A stretch of 64,000 nt of DNA, from positions 1-64,000 of the IMG/VR virus record IMGVR_UViG_3300020477_000013; one strand, written 5' to 3'. Source of the DNA: a virus. Its lineage: Duplodnaviria; Caudoviricetes. This document shows positions 20,958 to 31,674 of this stretch, piece by piece; the first letter of the stretch is position 1; every line of letters begins with the position of its first letter. A program made the position numbers and the translations under genes. Under the pieces are notes generated by a model, which was not told the origin of the DNA, ran no database searches, and was given only the letters and a program-made list of their open reading frames with translations.

Positions 20958-21932
20958 TTGATGCATTATGATTCTAGCAAATTGAACTTCTTAAAGAGGG
21001 TATTTGGTCCTCATGAGAAATCAAAAGACGGTGTGAATTATGCTTTTAAATGTCCTAATTGCGGAAAGCAGGGTAGTACAAAGAAAAAGCTAGTTATAAA
21101 AATTGATGATGGAGTATACCAGTGTTGGGTTTGTGACATTAAGGGGAAAAACCTAGGTTACCTTATTAAGAAATACAGGCCGTCATCATTTGTGGAATAC
21201 CAGGGTACTTATAGAAACTCCACAAGAGGGTCCAGAAATTATGATATCATGGCCGACGAAGAACAGCTTCTGGAGCTGCCGAATGGGTTTAGGTTGCTTG
21301 CTGTTTCTAACGGGATAGTTGATCCGGATTTTGCTGCTGTTAAAAAATATGCAACTTCTAGGATGATTGATGAAAGAGATTTGTGGTATTTTAAGGTAGG
21401 GACATGTCTTAAGGGTAGGTATAGGAGACGATTAATCGTCCCTTCATTTGACGAAGAGGGCAAGCTGAATTATTATGTTGCAAGAACGATAGACAAAGAT
21501 AATCCCAGGAAGTACTTAAATCCCAGAGTTTCGAAAAGAGATATCATTTTTAACGAGATTAACATTAATTGGAATGAGGAGCTTACCTTAGTGGAAGGCC
21601 CATTCGATTTGATGAAGTGTAATGAAAATTCATCTTGTATTCTAGGTAGTAACTTTAATAAAAAATACAGGCTATTTAAGAAGATAGTTGAAAATAGGAC
21701 TCCAGTATTATTGGCATTAGACCCAGATGCTACAAAGAAAATGCATGATATTGCGATGCTGTTATCTCAATATGGCGTGAGCGTTAGGGTCATTCATATT
21801 AAGGGTCATGAAGATGTTGGGTCAATGACAAAGGGTGAGTTTTTGCATTTAAGGAAAAATGCAGTTTCCTGGAGCGGAAACGATAGATTAATGCATATTA
21901 TCGGTGGTATTAAGAGCGGGTCAATCCTGTGA
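20958..21932 (+). CDS. dnaG: DNA primase (zinc-binding + TOPRIM)
   Basis: CPNC...CWVC zinc domain, RLIVP...YYVAR, KYLNP, LVEGPFD, LALDPDA. Confidence 0.88.
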   Translation: MMHYDSSKLNFLKRVFGPHEKSKDGVNYAFKCPNCGKQGSTKKKLVIKIDDGVYQCWVCDIKGKNLGYLIKKYRPSSFVEYQGTYRNSTRGSRNYDIMADEEQLLELPNGFRLLAVSNGIVDPDFAAVKKYATSRMIDERDLWYFKVGTCLKGRYRRRLIVPSFDEEGKLNYYVARTIDKDNPRKYLNPRVSKRDIIFNEININWNEELTLVEGPFDLMKCNENSSCILGSNFNKKYRLFKKIVENRTPVLLALDPDATKKMHDIAMLLSQYGVSVRVIHIKGHEDVGSMTKGEFLHLRKNAVSWSGNDRLMHIIGGIKSGSIL

Positions 21933-21943
21933 GGTTATGAGAT

Positions 21944-24900
21944 ATGAGTTTTAGATGTGTGCATATAGCGGACGTGCATTTTAGAGGGTTAACTAGGCAC
22001 GAAGAATATCGAGAAACGTTCGAGGGCATGTTTAAAGATGTCCGTGCGTTGAAGCCTGATGTTATCTATGTCGGGGGTGATATAGTTCACTCAAAGACAC
22101 AGGGGATATCACCTGAGTTAATTGATATACTTAGCTGGTGGTTTAAGGCCATGGCTGACATTTGTGATGTTCACATCATTTTAGGGAATCATGATGGCTT
22201 AGTCTTGAACAAGCATCGCCAAGATGCAATATCACCTATTATTAATGCTATAGATCCCCGAGGCGAGAGGCTTCACCTGTACAAGAAATCCGGAACATAC
22301 CCCACAGGTGTTCCTGGTTTTAACTGGTGCGTTTTTTCATGCTTCGATGAAGAGTCATGGGGCGATGTCCGGCCCATAGATGGTGAGATTAATATAGCAT
22401 TGTTTCATGGGGGTGTTGCGGGATCAGCAACAGACATAGAGTGGCAGATTGAGGCAGATGTAGACATGTCATTTTTTAATGACTATGACTTTGCCTTCTT
22501 GGGTGATATTCACAAGATGCAATTCTTAGATGACAATAAAAGAATTGCTTATTGCGGTTCAACAATCCAACAGAACTATGGGGAAACGCCTGGTAAGGGC
22601 TACCTGGTGTGGGATATTCGTACTCGTGACGACTTTGATGTTGAATTTCATGAGGCTAGTCACGCATACCCTTTTGTGACAATAGATTGGTCAGGAGATG
22701 TTGAGGATACAATGATGGTTGCCAGAGCTCATCCAAATCATTCGAGGTTTAGGATTAGGGCCTCTGACATGATATCACAGTCAGAGATAAAGCAACTCCA
22801 TCGTTCACTAAAGAAAGAGAAGTTAGCGCATGAGATAGTTTTTAAGTACGATCAGGCTCAGCGAGATGACCTAGTTCATTCTTCATTTGGCGAAATGACA
22901 AGAGAAGACCTCAGGGATGCAAGAACCCATATGAAACTTATGAGGCAGTTTTATTCTTCTACACATGATTTCTCTGATGAGACATGGGAGAGGGTTGAAA
23001 AGCTAATTAATAAGTTCGTAGCACAGATATCCGTGGAGGATAAATCATCACGAAATTCTAGGTGGTCTATTAAGAGCCTGAGGTTCAACAATATTTTTTC
23101 TTATGGAAAAAATAACTTTATAGATTTTGAGAAGCTAAATGGAATTACTGGGATCTTTGGTAAGAATAGGACAGGAAAGTCTTCTATAGCTGGCACATTA
23201 ATGTACTCTCTCTTTAATACAACCGACAGAGGACCTATCAAGAATTTGCATATTATTAACATGCGCAAAGGTCACTGCTCTGCGACAGTCGATTTCATGG
23301 TTGACGGAAATATGTATCGTACCGATAGGCAATCTGTACGCCACCAGACACGGGCCGGAAAGACTCATGCTGTTACCCACCTAAACCTATCTAGGTTAAA
23401 TTCAGCAGGTGAGATTATTCAGGATCTTAATGGTGAACAGAGAAGAGAGACAGAAAAGAGCCTAAGGAAACTAGTTGGGACGCCAGAAGATTTTTTGCTA
23501 ACATCACTCGCTAGCCAGGGGGAAATGAATTCTTTTATCAAGAATAGGGCAACCCAAAGAAAGGCTATTCTTGCTAAGTTTTTAGATCTTAATATCTTTG
23601 ATAGAATGGCAGACATAGCAAAAGATGAGTCTGCCTCGATAAAAGCGTTGCTAAAAAGAGTACCTGATAAGGATTGGACACAATTAATAGAGAGAAAATC
23701 AGATGTCTTAGTAAAGAAGATACAGTCAAAAGAAGAATTAACTGTAGATCTAGAAAAACAACAGGCTGACCTACAAGAACTACAGATTACCCTAGCGACT
23801 CATCATGATAAGGAGGCTGTTACTGAGGCAGATGTTAATACCCTTGAGCTGAAAATAGGCACTTTTAATGATGACTTATCAAGCTTGGAAAAAAGAGTCT
23901 CCAGCTTACAAGATGAACATGAGTCTTCGCTTGAGAAAGTAGAAAAGATCCAGCTCGTAAAGGAACAATTCCCCATACAGGAGCTAAAAGAGCAACTAGG
24001 AATACAACATGATTTAGAGAAGAGCCTTATAGAGCTTGAGCATGCACATGAAAAAGAGAAAGCACGCCTAAAATCCCAGCACAAATCTGTCAAGATATTA
24101 AGTGAAGTACCTTGCGGCGACATGTTTCCAAAATGTAAATTTATCAAGAATTCGCATAATGACAAATTGTTGCTGGAGTCTCAAGAGGAAAAGACAAAAG
24201 AAATTTTATCTAATGTTCGGGCATCTAGGCGCGCACTTAAAAAGTTATCTGAACAAAGCTTAAGCGAAAAAATTAGAAAATATGACGAAATACTAATGCA
24301 GGAGTCAGAGCTTAAATTAGAGAATTCCAAAAGAGAATTGCAGCTAAGCGATCTGGCAAATCAAAAAAATAAGGTTTCTCGAATTATTAATGAGTCAAAT
24401 CTTGAGCTTACAAGCATGAAATTAAGGGTGTCGGATTCATCTACTGCCAAGCAGGTAAGTGCAATCCGCAGCAAGATAAACTCCATACGAGGGAACATAA
24501 ATAAACTTGATTCTAAGAGGATGTCATGCTCTGAATCAATTGCCTTACTGAAAAAAGAGATTAGAAATTTAAAGAAAGAGAGAGATGAGAATAAGCATCT
24601 CTTAGATGAGTGGAAAAGTTATGAAATAATAACGAACGCAGTCTCTAGAAAGGGGATTCCCCTACAGATTATGAGTGCGCAGTTGCCGATTATTAACATA
24701 GAGATATCTAAGATCCTACAGGGTGTCGTAGGTTTTACGGTTGAGCTTGAGGCTGATCCTGCATCAAATGACATGGATATCTTTATAGATTATGGCGATT
24801 CACGTAGGGTCATAGAGTGTGCATCTGGAATGGAAAAAATGATGGCATCTTTAGCTATTCGTGTTGCATTAATTAATGTATCTGCTTTGCCCAAGACAGA

Positions 24901-25096
24901 TTTATTAATTATTGACGAGGGCTTTGGCGCTTTGGATGATATGAATGTTGAGGCCTGCAACCGGCTACTTGCGTCTTTAAAGAAGTGGTTTAAGAACATA
25001 CTGGTTATTTCGCATGTCGATGCTGTAAAAGATGCTGTAGATAATGTTTTAGAGATAACCACAAAGGGCAAGGATGCACGTGTATTTTATGAATAA
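21944..25096 (+). CDS. sbcCD: Fused SbcD/Mre11 nuclease - SbcC/Rad50 ATPase (gp47-gp46-like single chain)
   Basis: Nuclease motifs HIADVH, GGDIVH, GNHD, LFHG, LGDIHK. Walker A GKNRTGKSS, long coiled coil, signature ASGMEK, Walker B LLIIDEGFGALD, H-loop VISH, all in one 1050-aa ORF. Confidence 0.92.
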   Translation: MSFRCVHIADVHFRGLTRHEEYRETFEGMFKDVRALKPDVIYVGGDIVHSKTQGISPELIDILSWWFKAMADICDVHIILGNHDGLVLNKHRQDAISPIINAIDPRGERLHLYKKSGTYPTGVPGFNWCVFSCFDEESWGDVRPIDGEINIALFHGGVAGSATDIEWQIEADVDMSFFNDYDFAFLGDIHKMQFLDDNKRIAYCGSTIQQNYGETPGKGYLVWDIRTRDDFDVEFHEASHAYPFVTIDWSGDVEDTMMVARAHPNHSRFRIRASDMISQSEIKQLHRSLKKEKLAHEIVFKYDQAQRDDLVHSSFGEMTREDLRDARTHMKLMRQFYSSTHDFSDETWERVEKLINKFVAQISVEDKSSRNSRWSIKSLRFNNIFSYGKNNFIDFEKLNGITGIFGKNRTGKSSIAGTLMYSLFNTTDRGPIKNLHIINMRKGHCSATVDFMVDGNMYRTDRQSVRHQTRAGKTHAVTHLNLSRLNSAGEIIQDLNGEQRRETEKSLRKLVGTPEDFLLTSLASQGEMNSFIKNRATQRKAILAKFLDLNIFDRMADIAKDESASIKALLKRVPDKDWTQLIERKSDVLVKKIQSKEELTVDLEKQQADLQELQITLATHHDKEAVTEADVNTLELKIGTFNDDLSSLEKRVSSLQDEHESSLEKVEKIQLVKEQFPIQELKEQLGIQHDLEKSLIELEHAHEKEKARLKSQHKSVKILSEVPCGDMFPKCKFIKNSHNDKLLLESQEEKTKEILSNVRASRRALKKLSEQSLSEKIRKYDEILMQESELKLENSKRELQLSDLANQKNKVSRIINESNLELTSMKLRVSDSSTAKQVSAIRSKINSIRGNINKLDSKRMSCSESIALLKKEIRNLKKERDENKHLLDEWKSYEIITNAVSRKGIPLQIMSAQLPIINIEISKILQGVVGFTVELEADPASNDMDIFIDYGDSRRVIECASGMEKMMASLAIRVALINVSALPKTDLLIIDEGFGALDDMNVEACNRLLASLKKWFKNILVISHVDAVKDAVDNVLEITTKGKDARVFYE

Positions 25097-25382
25097 CGAT
25101 TGGAAAGAAATATCTAGGAATAGGGAAATGTCAATCGGGAAATTTGGTATTACTATCATCAGACCTAGATCGTATGATGACCCCTACCCCCTTGATTGTC
25201 CGATTTGCAAATTTCTAATTAAGGGCCTTGAGGATATCTATATGCTAGATAAATTTGGGTGCTGCCAAGAGTGTGCTTTTACATGGGCTCAACCCCGCCG
25301 GCATGAGTGGGAAGAGGGTTGGCGCCCGACACTCGAACAAATAAATGATAACAATACCAGACGTCTAGAAGGTATAAAATAG
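25089..25382 (+). CDS. Small Cys-rich hypothetical protein (possible zinc finger)
   Basis: CPIC...CCQEC motif. Likely start is ATG 25089, overlapping the SbcCD stop. Confidence 0.55.
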   Translation: MNNDWKEISRNREMSIGKFGITIIRPRSYDDPYPLDCPICKFLIKGLEDIYMLDKFGCCQECAFTWAQPRRHEWEEGWRPTLEQINDNNTRRLEGIK

Positions 25383-25417
25383 ATAAGGTGTCATAATTAT
25401 AAGAAACGGAGATTCAC

Positions 25418-25792
25418 ATGTTAGATCTAGAAGATATTAATGCATTAGGTAACATACTAGACTTTACGGTCGGAAGTTCAGGGGACGGAAGGACTGGTAT
25501 TGCTAGCTCCCTACAGGGTGATGTTTTGACCCTAAAATTCTCTACCATAGTATACTTTGCTAGCGAGAGAAGTATGAGAGACCAAGTTGATCGTTTAAAT
25601 GACGAGTCAGTGCAGATATTAGCAGATACAGTTTCTAACCTAAAGAAAGAGTTTAAAGACATGACGGGTAACTCCCTTAAGGTCACTGAACTTTCCAACA
25701 AGAGTGACTTAGAGCTTATACAGGCAACAAATAATTCACCTAGAAAGATAGCTTACTACAGAAGATTTGCGGATCTCCAGGTTGATGTCTAA
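25418..25792 (+). CDS. Hypothetical protein immediately upstream of terminase
   Basis: 124 aa with GGAG SD and ATAATTA motif upstream. Its stop overlaps the terminase ATG. Confidence 0.65.
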   Translation: MLDLEDINALGNILDFTVGSSGDGRTGIASSLQGDVLTLKFSTIVYFASERSMRDQVDRLNDESVQILADTVSNLKKEFKDMTGNSLKVTELSNKSDLELIQATNNSPRKIAYYRRFADLQVDV

Positions 25793-27396
25793 TGCCTCCT
25801 GTGAATAAGCAGAGGCAAGTTAAAGAGATCATAAGGTGCGGAAAAGATCCTGTATATTTTTTAAATAAATACGTTAAAATTCAACATCCAACTCGGGGCC
25901 TGATATCATTTAATACCTACCCATTTCAGGATGATTGTCTGCAGCAGTTTGTAGATCACAGGTTCAATATTATTCTTAAGTCTCGCCAGCTTGGTATATC
26001 TACTCTGACTGCCGCATATGCCATATGGCTTTCTATCTTTTATAAGGACAAGAATGTTCTTGTTATTGCGACAAAGCTTAGCGTCGCGATGAATTTTATA
26101 AAAAAGGTAAAGGTAGCTTTAAAGAATTTGCCAAATTGGCTGGTGCTACCTCAAATAGTATCGAATAACAAACAGTCGGTCGAATTTAGCAATGGGTCTA
26201 CGATCAAGGCAATTCCGACATCTGATGATGCAGGTAGATCAGAGGCATTATCACTGTTAATCGTTGATGAGGCAGCATTTGTTAGAAATTTCGATGAGCT
26301 GTGGATGGGCCTATATCCGACGATCTCTACTGGTGGTCGTGCTATTGTTTTATCAACGCCTAATGGCGTTGGGGGACAGTATCATGAACTTTATGTTCGT
26401 GCTGAAGAGAGTACTAACGAGTTTAATCCAATCAAGCTTCCTTGGGACGTGCATCCTGAGCATGATCAAGAGTGGTTTGATAAAGAATCAAAGAATTTTT
26501 CAAAAAAGCAGATTGCACAAGAGTTCTTATGCGATTTTGCCGCTTCAGGCGATACATTTTTAACCGCAGAGGATTTAGAATATATACGAGTCACAGTCCG
26601 ACCGCCAATGGATAGATGGGGTCCTGATATGGGCGTGTGGGTATGGAAATATGCATTGACTGAACACAGTTATGTAATATCAGCAGATGTCGCGCGCGGC
26701 GATGCAGCTGATCATTCTACATTTCAAGTTATAGATACTCATGAGTCAGAGATAGTTGCAGAATACAAGGGGAAATTACCCCCAGATCAATTTGCAATGT
26801 TGCTAAACGAGGCAGGCCGAAGGTATAATAATGCTCTCCTATGCCCTGAGAATAATACATACGGGTATGCTGTCATAATGAAATTAAAGGAGATGGCTTA
26901 TCCTAACTTGTATTTTAAGAATCAAAAAGACAAATATTCATCTTCTTATTCAAACGAGAGTAACATTCACAAGATAGGGTTTACCACAACTGCACAGAGT
27001 AGAAACCAAATTCTGACAAAACTGGAAGAGGTTATTAGGAATAAACATGTCAAGGTATACTCGTCTAGACTTTATGAAGAGCTCAAGACATTCGTCTGGA
27101 TCGGTAGTAAGGCACAAGCGCAGAAGGGTAAAAATGATGATCTAGTTATAGCTACCGCTATAGGTGTGTGGTTATATGATACATCTCCGTCAATTAGCAG
27201 GCACGCTGTTGATGTCAACAAGGCAATGCTGGCAGCATTTGCAGTTAATGACACTAACCAAGGTAAGGTTTCTTCTAGGAGCGAGTGGGTCTCAAAAAGA
27301 CTAAACCCATTTGTACCGGTAGTCCTTAATGACGTTCCAACACCTACAAGCGGATCTCACCACCCTGTGTACGGAGATCTTTCTTGGTTAGTTTAA
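25792..27396 (+). CDS. terL: Terminase large subunit (T4 gp17-like)
   Basis: ILKSRQLGIST (Walker A), LLIVDEAAF (Walker B), STPNG coupling motif, nuclease ADVARGD...D and NDDLV. Confidence 0.95.
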   Translation: MPPVNKQRQVKEIIRCGKDPVYFLNKYVKIQHPTRGLISFNTYPFQDDCLQQFVDHRFNIILKSRQLGISTLTAAYAIWLSIFYKDKNVLVIATKLSVAMNFIKKVKVALKNLPNWLVLPQIVSNNKQSVEFSNGSTIKAIPTSDDAGRSEALSLLIVDEAAFVRNFDELWMGLYPTISTGGRAIVLSTPNGVGGQYHELYVRAEESTNEFNPIKLPWDVHPEHDQEWFDKESKNFSKKQIAQEFLCDFAASGDTFLTAEDLEYIRVTVRPPMDRWGPDMGVWVWKYALTEHSYVISADVARGDAADHSTFQVIDTHESEIVAEYKGKLPPDQFAMLLNEAGRRYNNALLCPENNTYGYAVIMKLKEMAYPNLYFKNQKDKYSSSYSNESNIHKIGFTTTAQSRNQILTKLEEVIRNKHVKVYSSRLYEELKTFVWIGSKAQAQKGKNDDLVIATAIGVWLYDTSPSISRHAVDVNKAMLAAFAVNDTNQGKVSSRSEWVSKRLNPFVPVVLNDVPTPTSGSHHPVYGDLSWLV

Positions 27397-27458
27397 GTTT
27401 ATTGTCTTATTAATCTGACGTACAATAAATAGTTATATTTTCATGGAAAGAGTAAACC

Positions 27459-29441
27459 ATGCCTAGAAAAACACAAAACTTATTCCAGCGATTAACTCAG
27501 CTCTTTAGATCTGGCCCGATTATTAAAAGAAAAGTCAGAAATTTTTCTGAGCCTACCGCGTCGACAGCCCTTGAGCTATTTCAGAGAGCTCATAGTGATG
27601 TCTATAACAGCACACTAAGCTCGTACGGTTCATTCGACCGTATGTCAAGATATAGCGATTTTAGTGAGATGGAGGCGACTCCGGAGATATCGTCTGCATT
27701 AGACATATATTCTGAAGAGACGGTTTCACCTGATGACAAGGGCAGAATACTACACATATATTCAGAAAACCGTCGGATTCATGAGATTTTAGAGAACTTA
27801 TTTTATGATATCTTAAACGTCGAATTTAACCTAGTAATGTGGGTAAGAAATCTATGCAAATATGGCGATTTCTTTTTGTTTAATGACGTTTCCCCAGAGT
27901 ATGGTGTTATCAATGCATATCCGATAGCTATTTCTGAGATTGAAAGAGAAGAAAATTTCGATCCTAATAACCCATCAGCCGTGAGGTTTAGGTGGCTGAC
28001 ACAGGGGAATACAATTTTAGAAAACTGGCAAGTCTCTCACTTTAGATTGCTGGGAAATGATGCATTCTTACCATATGGTACTTCTGTGCTGGAGTCAGCT
28101 AGGAGAATATGGCGTCAGCTTATATTAATTGAAGACGCAATGCTCGTATATCGCGTTATTCGTGCACCTGAGCGACGTGTGTTCTATATAGATGTAGGTA
28201 ATGTACCTCCAGAAGATGTGGCTGGTTACCTTGAGCAAGCACAATCATCCCTTAAGAGAAGCCAGGTGATAGACAAAGATAATGGCAAGGTCGACCTAAG
28301 GTATAACCCCCTTTCGGTTGATGAAGATTATTTCTTACCTGTTAGAGGTGGCGAATCAGGTACAAAGATTGATACGCTAGCAGGTGGTCAAAATACTGCT
28401 GCAATTGAGGATGTTGAATATATCCAGAAGAAATTATTTGCAGCGCTTAAGATACCTCGTGCTTATTTGGGGTATGATGAAGAAATAGGCTCCAAGGCAA
28501 CATTGGCACAGGAAGACATCAGGTTCTCGAGGTCAATTCAGAGAATTCAGAAAACAGTTATTGCTGAACTTAATAAACTAGCTATGATACATCTCTTTTG
28601 TCATGGGTATGAGGGTGATGATTTAATCGATTTTGACTTAAAACTATCTAATCCTTCGTCTGTTGCCCAGCAGCAGAAATTAGAGTTAATTCGTGCTAGG
28701 TTTGAAATTGCAGGTACAGCCCCGGAGGGATTAGTTAGTAGGGACTGGATCAGGAAAAATGTGATGGGCTTGACTGATAATGACATTAAGCAAATCGAGA
28801 AAGAAAAAGAGGAAGATAAGATTAGGGATACTGAACTTGAAGCAGCGGCTACAGGCGGTGATGCGGATGCCGGTGGTGCCGACGCAGGTGGGGGTGACGA
28901 TGCCGGTGGGCTCTTCGCGGCCGATATTCCGACTGGTCAGCTATTAACAGCCGAACCTCCAACAGATCGTGAGGGTTCTGATGATGACCCTAGCGACGAT
29001 GAAGAGGATGATGAGATTATTTCACTGTCTATCGATGATGAAGATGCTCCTGCAAAGGCTCAGCAACAGATAAGGAATGCATTTAATGAGCCAATAAAGA
29101 AGAGAAGAGTGACCCACGCAGGTGCAGATAGATTACATACGCCTGATTTTTTGAGTATGACATCAGTGGGGAAGCCTGCTAGGAACCAAGATTCTCTAAA
29201 CATGCCACATGAGAGGGACTGGTTAAAAAATCCGTTTAAGGAAGGCTCTATGCTTGATCCGACATGGGATGATCTATCGTCAGTTAGTGACGGCAGTCGC
29301 CATGCAAAATTTACTGTTGAGATGGAATCTGTCATAAATAGTCTTCGTGGCGCAATAAATATTAAAGACAATAAAGGTCTTTTGTCTGAAGATGCTGAAG
29401 ATAAATTGGGGGAGCTGGAATCTGATGGGAAAAGCTCATAA
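27459..29441 (+). CDS. gp20: Portal protein (T4 gp20-like) with acidic low-complexity C-terminal extension
   Basis: YGTSVLESARRIWRQL.LIEDAMLVYRVIRAPERRVFYIDVGN, EDYFLPVRGGESGTKIDTLAGG, ALKIPRAYL. Confidence 0.95.
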   Translation: MPRKTQNLFQRLTQLFRSGPIIKRKVRNFSEPTASTALELFQRAHSDVYNSTLSSYGSFDRMSRYSDFSEMEATPEISSALDIYSEETVSPDDKGRILHIYSENRRIHEILENLFYDILNVEFNLVMWVRNLCKYGDFFLFNDVSPEYGVINAYPIAISEIEREENFDPNNPSAVRFRWLTQGNTILENWQVSHFRLLGNDAFLPYGTSVLESARRIWRQLILIEDAMLVYRVIRAPERRVFYIDVGNVPPEDVAGYLEQAQSSLKRSQVIDKDNGKVDLRYNPLSVDEDYFLPVRGGESGTKIDTLAGGQNTAAIEDVEYIQKKLFAALKIPRAYLGYDEEIGSKATLAQEDIRFSRSIQRIQKTVIAELNKLAMIHLFCHGYEGDDLIDFDLKLSNPSSVAQQQKLELIRARFEIAGTAPEGLVSRDWIRKNVMGLTDNDIKQIEKEKEEDKIRDTELEAAATGGDADAGGADAGGGDDAGGLFAADIPTGQLLTAEPPTDREGSDDDPSDDEEDDEIISLSIDDEDAPAKAQQQIRNAFNEPIKKRRVTHAGADRLHTPDFLSMTSVGKPARNQDSLNMPHERDWLKNPFKEGSMLDPTWDDLSSVSDGSRHAKFTVEMESVINSLRGAINIKDNKGLLSEDAEDKLGELESDGKSS

Positions 29442-30285
29442 TAAGAAAAGAAATATAGGGATTATTTTTGAGCAGTTAGTTCGTTATATATCTACTGCTT
29501 TAGTAAATAAAGAGCATAGCCGTGCATCAACTGCGTTAGGGATTATTAGGGAACACTTTAAACCGGGTTCTGAGCTCTATCGTGAATTTAGGTTGTTTAA
29601 TGCATTGGTAAAAACGCGTGTCTCTAGTGAGGGTTTAGCAAATAGAATTTTAGCCGAAGCCCGCGAGGCTAGCAGGGGTGTTGATTCTCATAACCTTAGG
29701 GCTCAAAAGTCTATACTCATAAGAGATATTAACCATCGGTTAAACGATAGAAGCTTTTATTTGCAACGAATAAAAGAATACCGAAGTTATGCAACCATAC
29801 AGACACTGCTAAATGACTGGAGAAGTCCAGGGACGGCAGATTTAGGAAAGGTTGCAAAATATGAGAATAGCGTATGTGGCTGGCTACTTGACGAGTCACA
29901 AGGTTCCGACGAGGGCAAAATTCTTTTAGAGAAAGAAGATGTCAACGTATTAACTGTTAAGATACTGACTGAGAAATTTAATAAGAAATATGGCAATATG
30001 TTGAATGAAGAGCAGCAGGACATAGTAAAGAGATATGTGTTTAGTTTAGATGAGATTGACAGCTCACGATTCGCCAATGACCTGAGCAACATTAGGGTTA
30101 ACACTCTGTTGGAACTCAAGGAATATTCTAAAAATTGTGATAATGAAGTTTTAAATGAGAAGATTAATGAGGTCACAAGTAGGGTTAAAAATCTCGCAAT
30201 TGGGCCCATTGATGATTCCTTAATATCTAGATTTTTAGTTATATCTAAGCTTAAAGAAGAGCTTTTGGAGATGGGTAATGAATAA
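29425..30285 (+). CDS. Hypothetical head-module protein
   Basis: Between portal and protease. MGKAHNKKRNIGIIFEQLVR start at 29425 preferred over 29392. Confidence 0.6.
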   Translation: MGKAHNKKRNIGIIFEQLVRYISTALVNKEHSRASTALGIIREHFKPGSELYREFRLFNALVKTRVSSEGLANRILAEAREASRGVDSHNLRAQKSILIRDINHRLNDRSFYLQRIKEYRSYATIQTLLNDWRSPGTADLGKVAKYENSVCGWLLDESQGSDEGKILLEKEDVNVLTVKILTEKFNKKYGNMLNEEQQDIVKRYVFSLDEIDSSRFANDLSNIRVNTLLELKEYSKNCDNEVLNEKINEVTSRVKNLAIGPIDDSLISRFLVISKLKEELLEMGNE

Positions 30286-30880
30286 TTTGAAGGTTTTATC
30301 TGATTGGACTCCATTTGAATACAACAAAGATATGATTAACGAGTCCAAAGAGAAAAATGATGGTAAGATTTTGCTAAAGGGCGTTCTACAAAAAGCAGAT
30401 ACACTAAATCAAAATGGCCGCCTGTATCCAGCATCAATTTTAGAGCGTGAAGTAAGAAACTATCAGAAATTTATTAGGGAAAATCGTGCCTTAGGCGAGT
30501 GCGACCACCCTGACTCTTCTGTCGTAGAGCTAAAAAATGTTTCTCATATTGTTAGAGAAGCATGGATGGATGGTGACATATGTTATGGTACGGTAGAGCT
30601 ACTGGATACACCATGCGGAAAAATACTCCAGAGCCTAGTAGAGTCAGGTGTGACATTAGGAATATCATCCCGGGGTGTCGGCTCTACTGTGTCGGAAGGT
30701 GACTATCAGGTTGTACAAGATGATTTCCAGCTAATCTGTTGGGACTTTGTCTCTGAGCCCTCTACACCCGGTGCATTTATGATGAAAGAGGGACTAGAAA
30801 TTAACCAGTCTGACTTAAAGCGTTATTTTAATAAGACCGACCGGATTGATCGGTTATTCAACGACATATTGGAATGGTAA
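30278..30880 (+). CDS. gp21: Prohead core protease (T4 gp21-like)
   Basis: NQNGRLYP, ALGECDHP (catalytic His), LGISSRGVGS (catalytic Ser), DFVSEPSTPGAFM. Confidence 0.93.
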   Translation: MNNLKVLSDWTPFEYNKDMINESKEKNDGKILLKGVLQKADTLNQNGRLYPASILEREVRNYQKFIRENRALGECDHPDSSVVELKNVSHIVREAWMDGDICYGTVELLDTPCGKILQSLVESGVTLGISSRGVGSTVSEGDYQVVQDDFQLICWDFVSEPSTPGAFMMKEGLEINQSDLKRYFNKTDRIDRLFNDILEW

Positions 30881-30885
30881 ATTAA

Positions 30886-31308
30886 ATGAGCAAGATATCA
30901 AAATCAAAGCTAAAGACGCTGATTAAAGAATGCTTAGTAGAAATTTTAACTGAGTCTACCCACATACCACAGCCTTCTCAAAATCGGTCTTCCAGGTCAT
31001 CTACTTCGCCCCAAAGGAAAGAGAGACCTAGGCCGCGACCCACTGCAATGGATAATATAAGGTTTGAAAACAACGTTAATTCGACCGTAAACCAGATAAC
31101 TAGTGATCCAATGATGGCATCAATTTTTGCAGACACGGCTGTGACAACGTTACAGGAACAATTAGAGGCTGATTCCAGAGGTCCGTCTACCTCAATGCCC
31201 CTAGATTCAGTTTCACTCATGGTTGACCAAGCTGATCCGATGGATCTATTTGCAGATGTTGCAGATAATTGGGCAACTCTAGCATTTGATGACAAGAAAT
31301 CTCCTTAA
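30886..31308 (+). CDS. Hypothetical head-core protein
   Basis: 140 aa, directly after the protease. KLKTLIKECLVEILTES N-terminus. Confidence 0.6.
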   Translation: MSKISKSKLKTLIKECLVEILTESTHIPQPSQNRSSRSSTSPQRKERPRPRPTAMDNIRFENNVNSTVNQITSDPMMASIFADTAVTTLQEQLEADSRGPSTSMPLDSVSLMVDQADPMDLFADVADNWATLAFDDKKSP

Positions 31309-31384
31309 GATTTCACGAAAATTTGTGAAGAAACTGTGGCTATGAGATATGTATTTGTGTACGCGACCTAAAAGGAGCTGAAAC

Positions 31385-31663
31385 ATGGCGAGAACAAGTA
31401 GACGTAGACTTACACCTGCCCTTCTGAGAAAGATAGTTCTGGAAGAGAAGCGGCGCATGCAAGAAGTTTTGGAGACCGGTGCTGATGATTCCGAGAAAGT
31501 CAAGCCTGAAGAGGTACCTGCTGACAAGCAGGCTGATTCAATAGAGCAAGATATTGACTGGATGAAGGCACTCAAGATAAAAGAGTCCAAGTTAAGAAAA
31601 AGGCTTAAGAGAATTAGCGAAGTTAAGAAGAAGCTTAGGAACAGAGTTATCCGTAAGCTGTAA
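31385..31663 (+). CDS. Small basic/coiled-coil hypothetical head protein
   Basis: 92 aa with AAGGAG SD. Confidence 0.65.
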   Translation: MARTSRRRLTPALLRKIVLEEKRRMQEVLETGADDSEKVKPEEVPADKQADSIEQDIDWMKALKIKESKLRKRLKRISEVKKKLRNRVIRKL

Positions 31664-31674
31664 GGAGAAAATTA

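Noticed and set aside
25792-27396. Intein or intron in the terminase
   Set aside because: Length (534 aa) and motif spacing are ordinary. No intein or homing-endonuclease motifs were seen.
29392-29424. Tracked start at 29392
   Set aside because: It gives a 50-nt overlap with the portal. ATG 29425 is more plausible.
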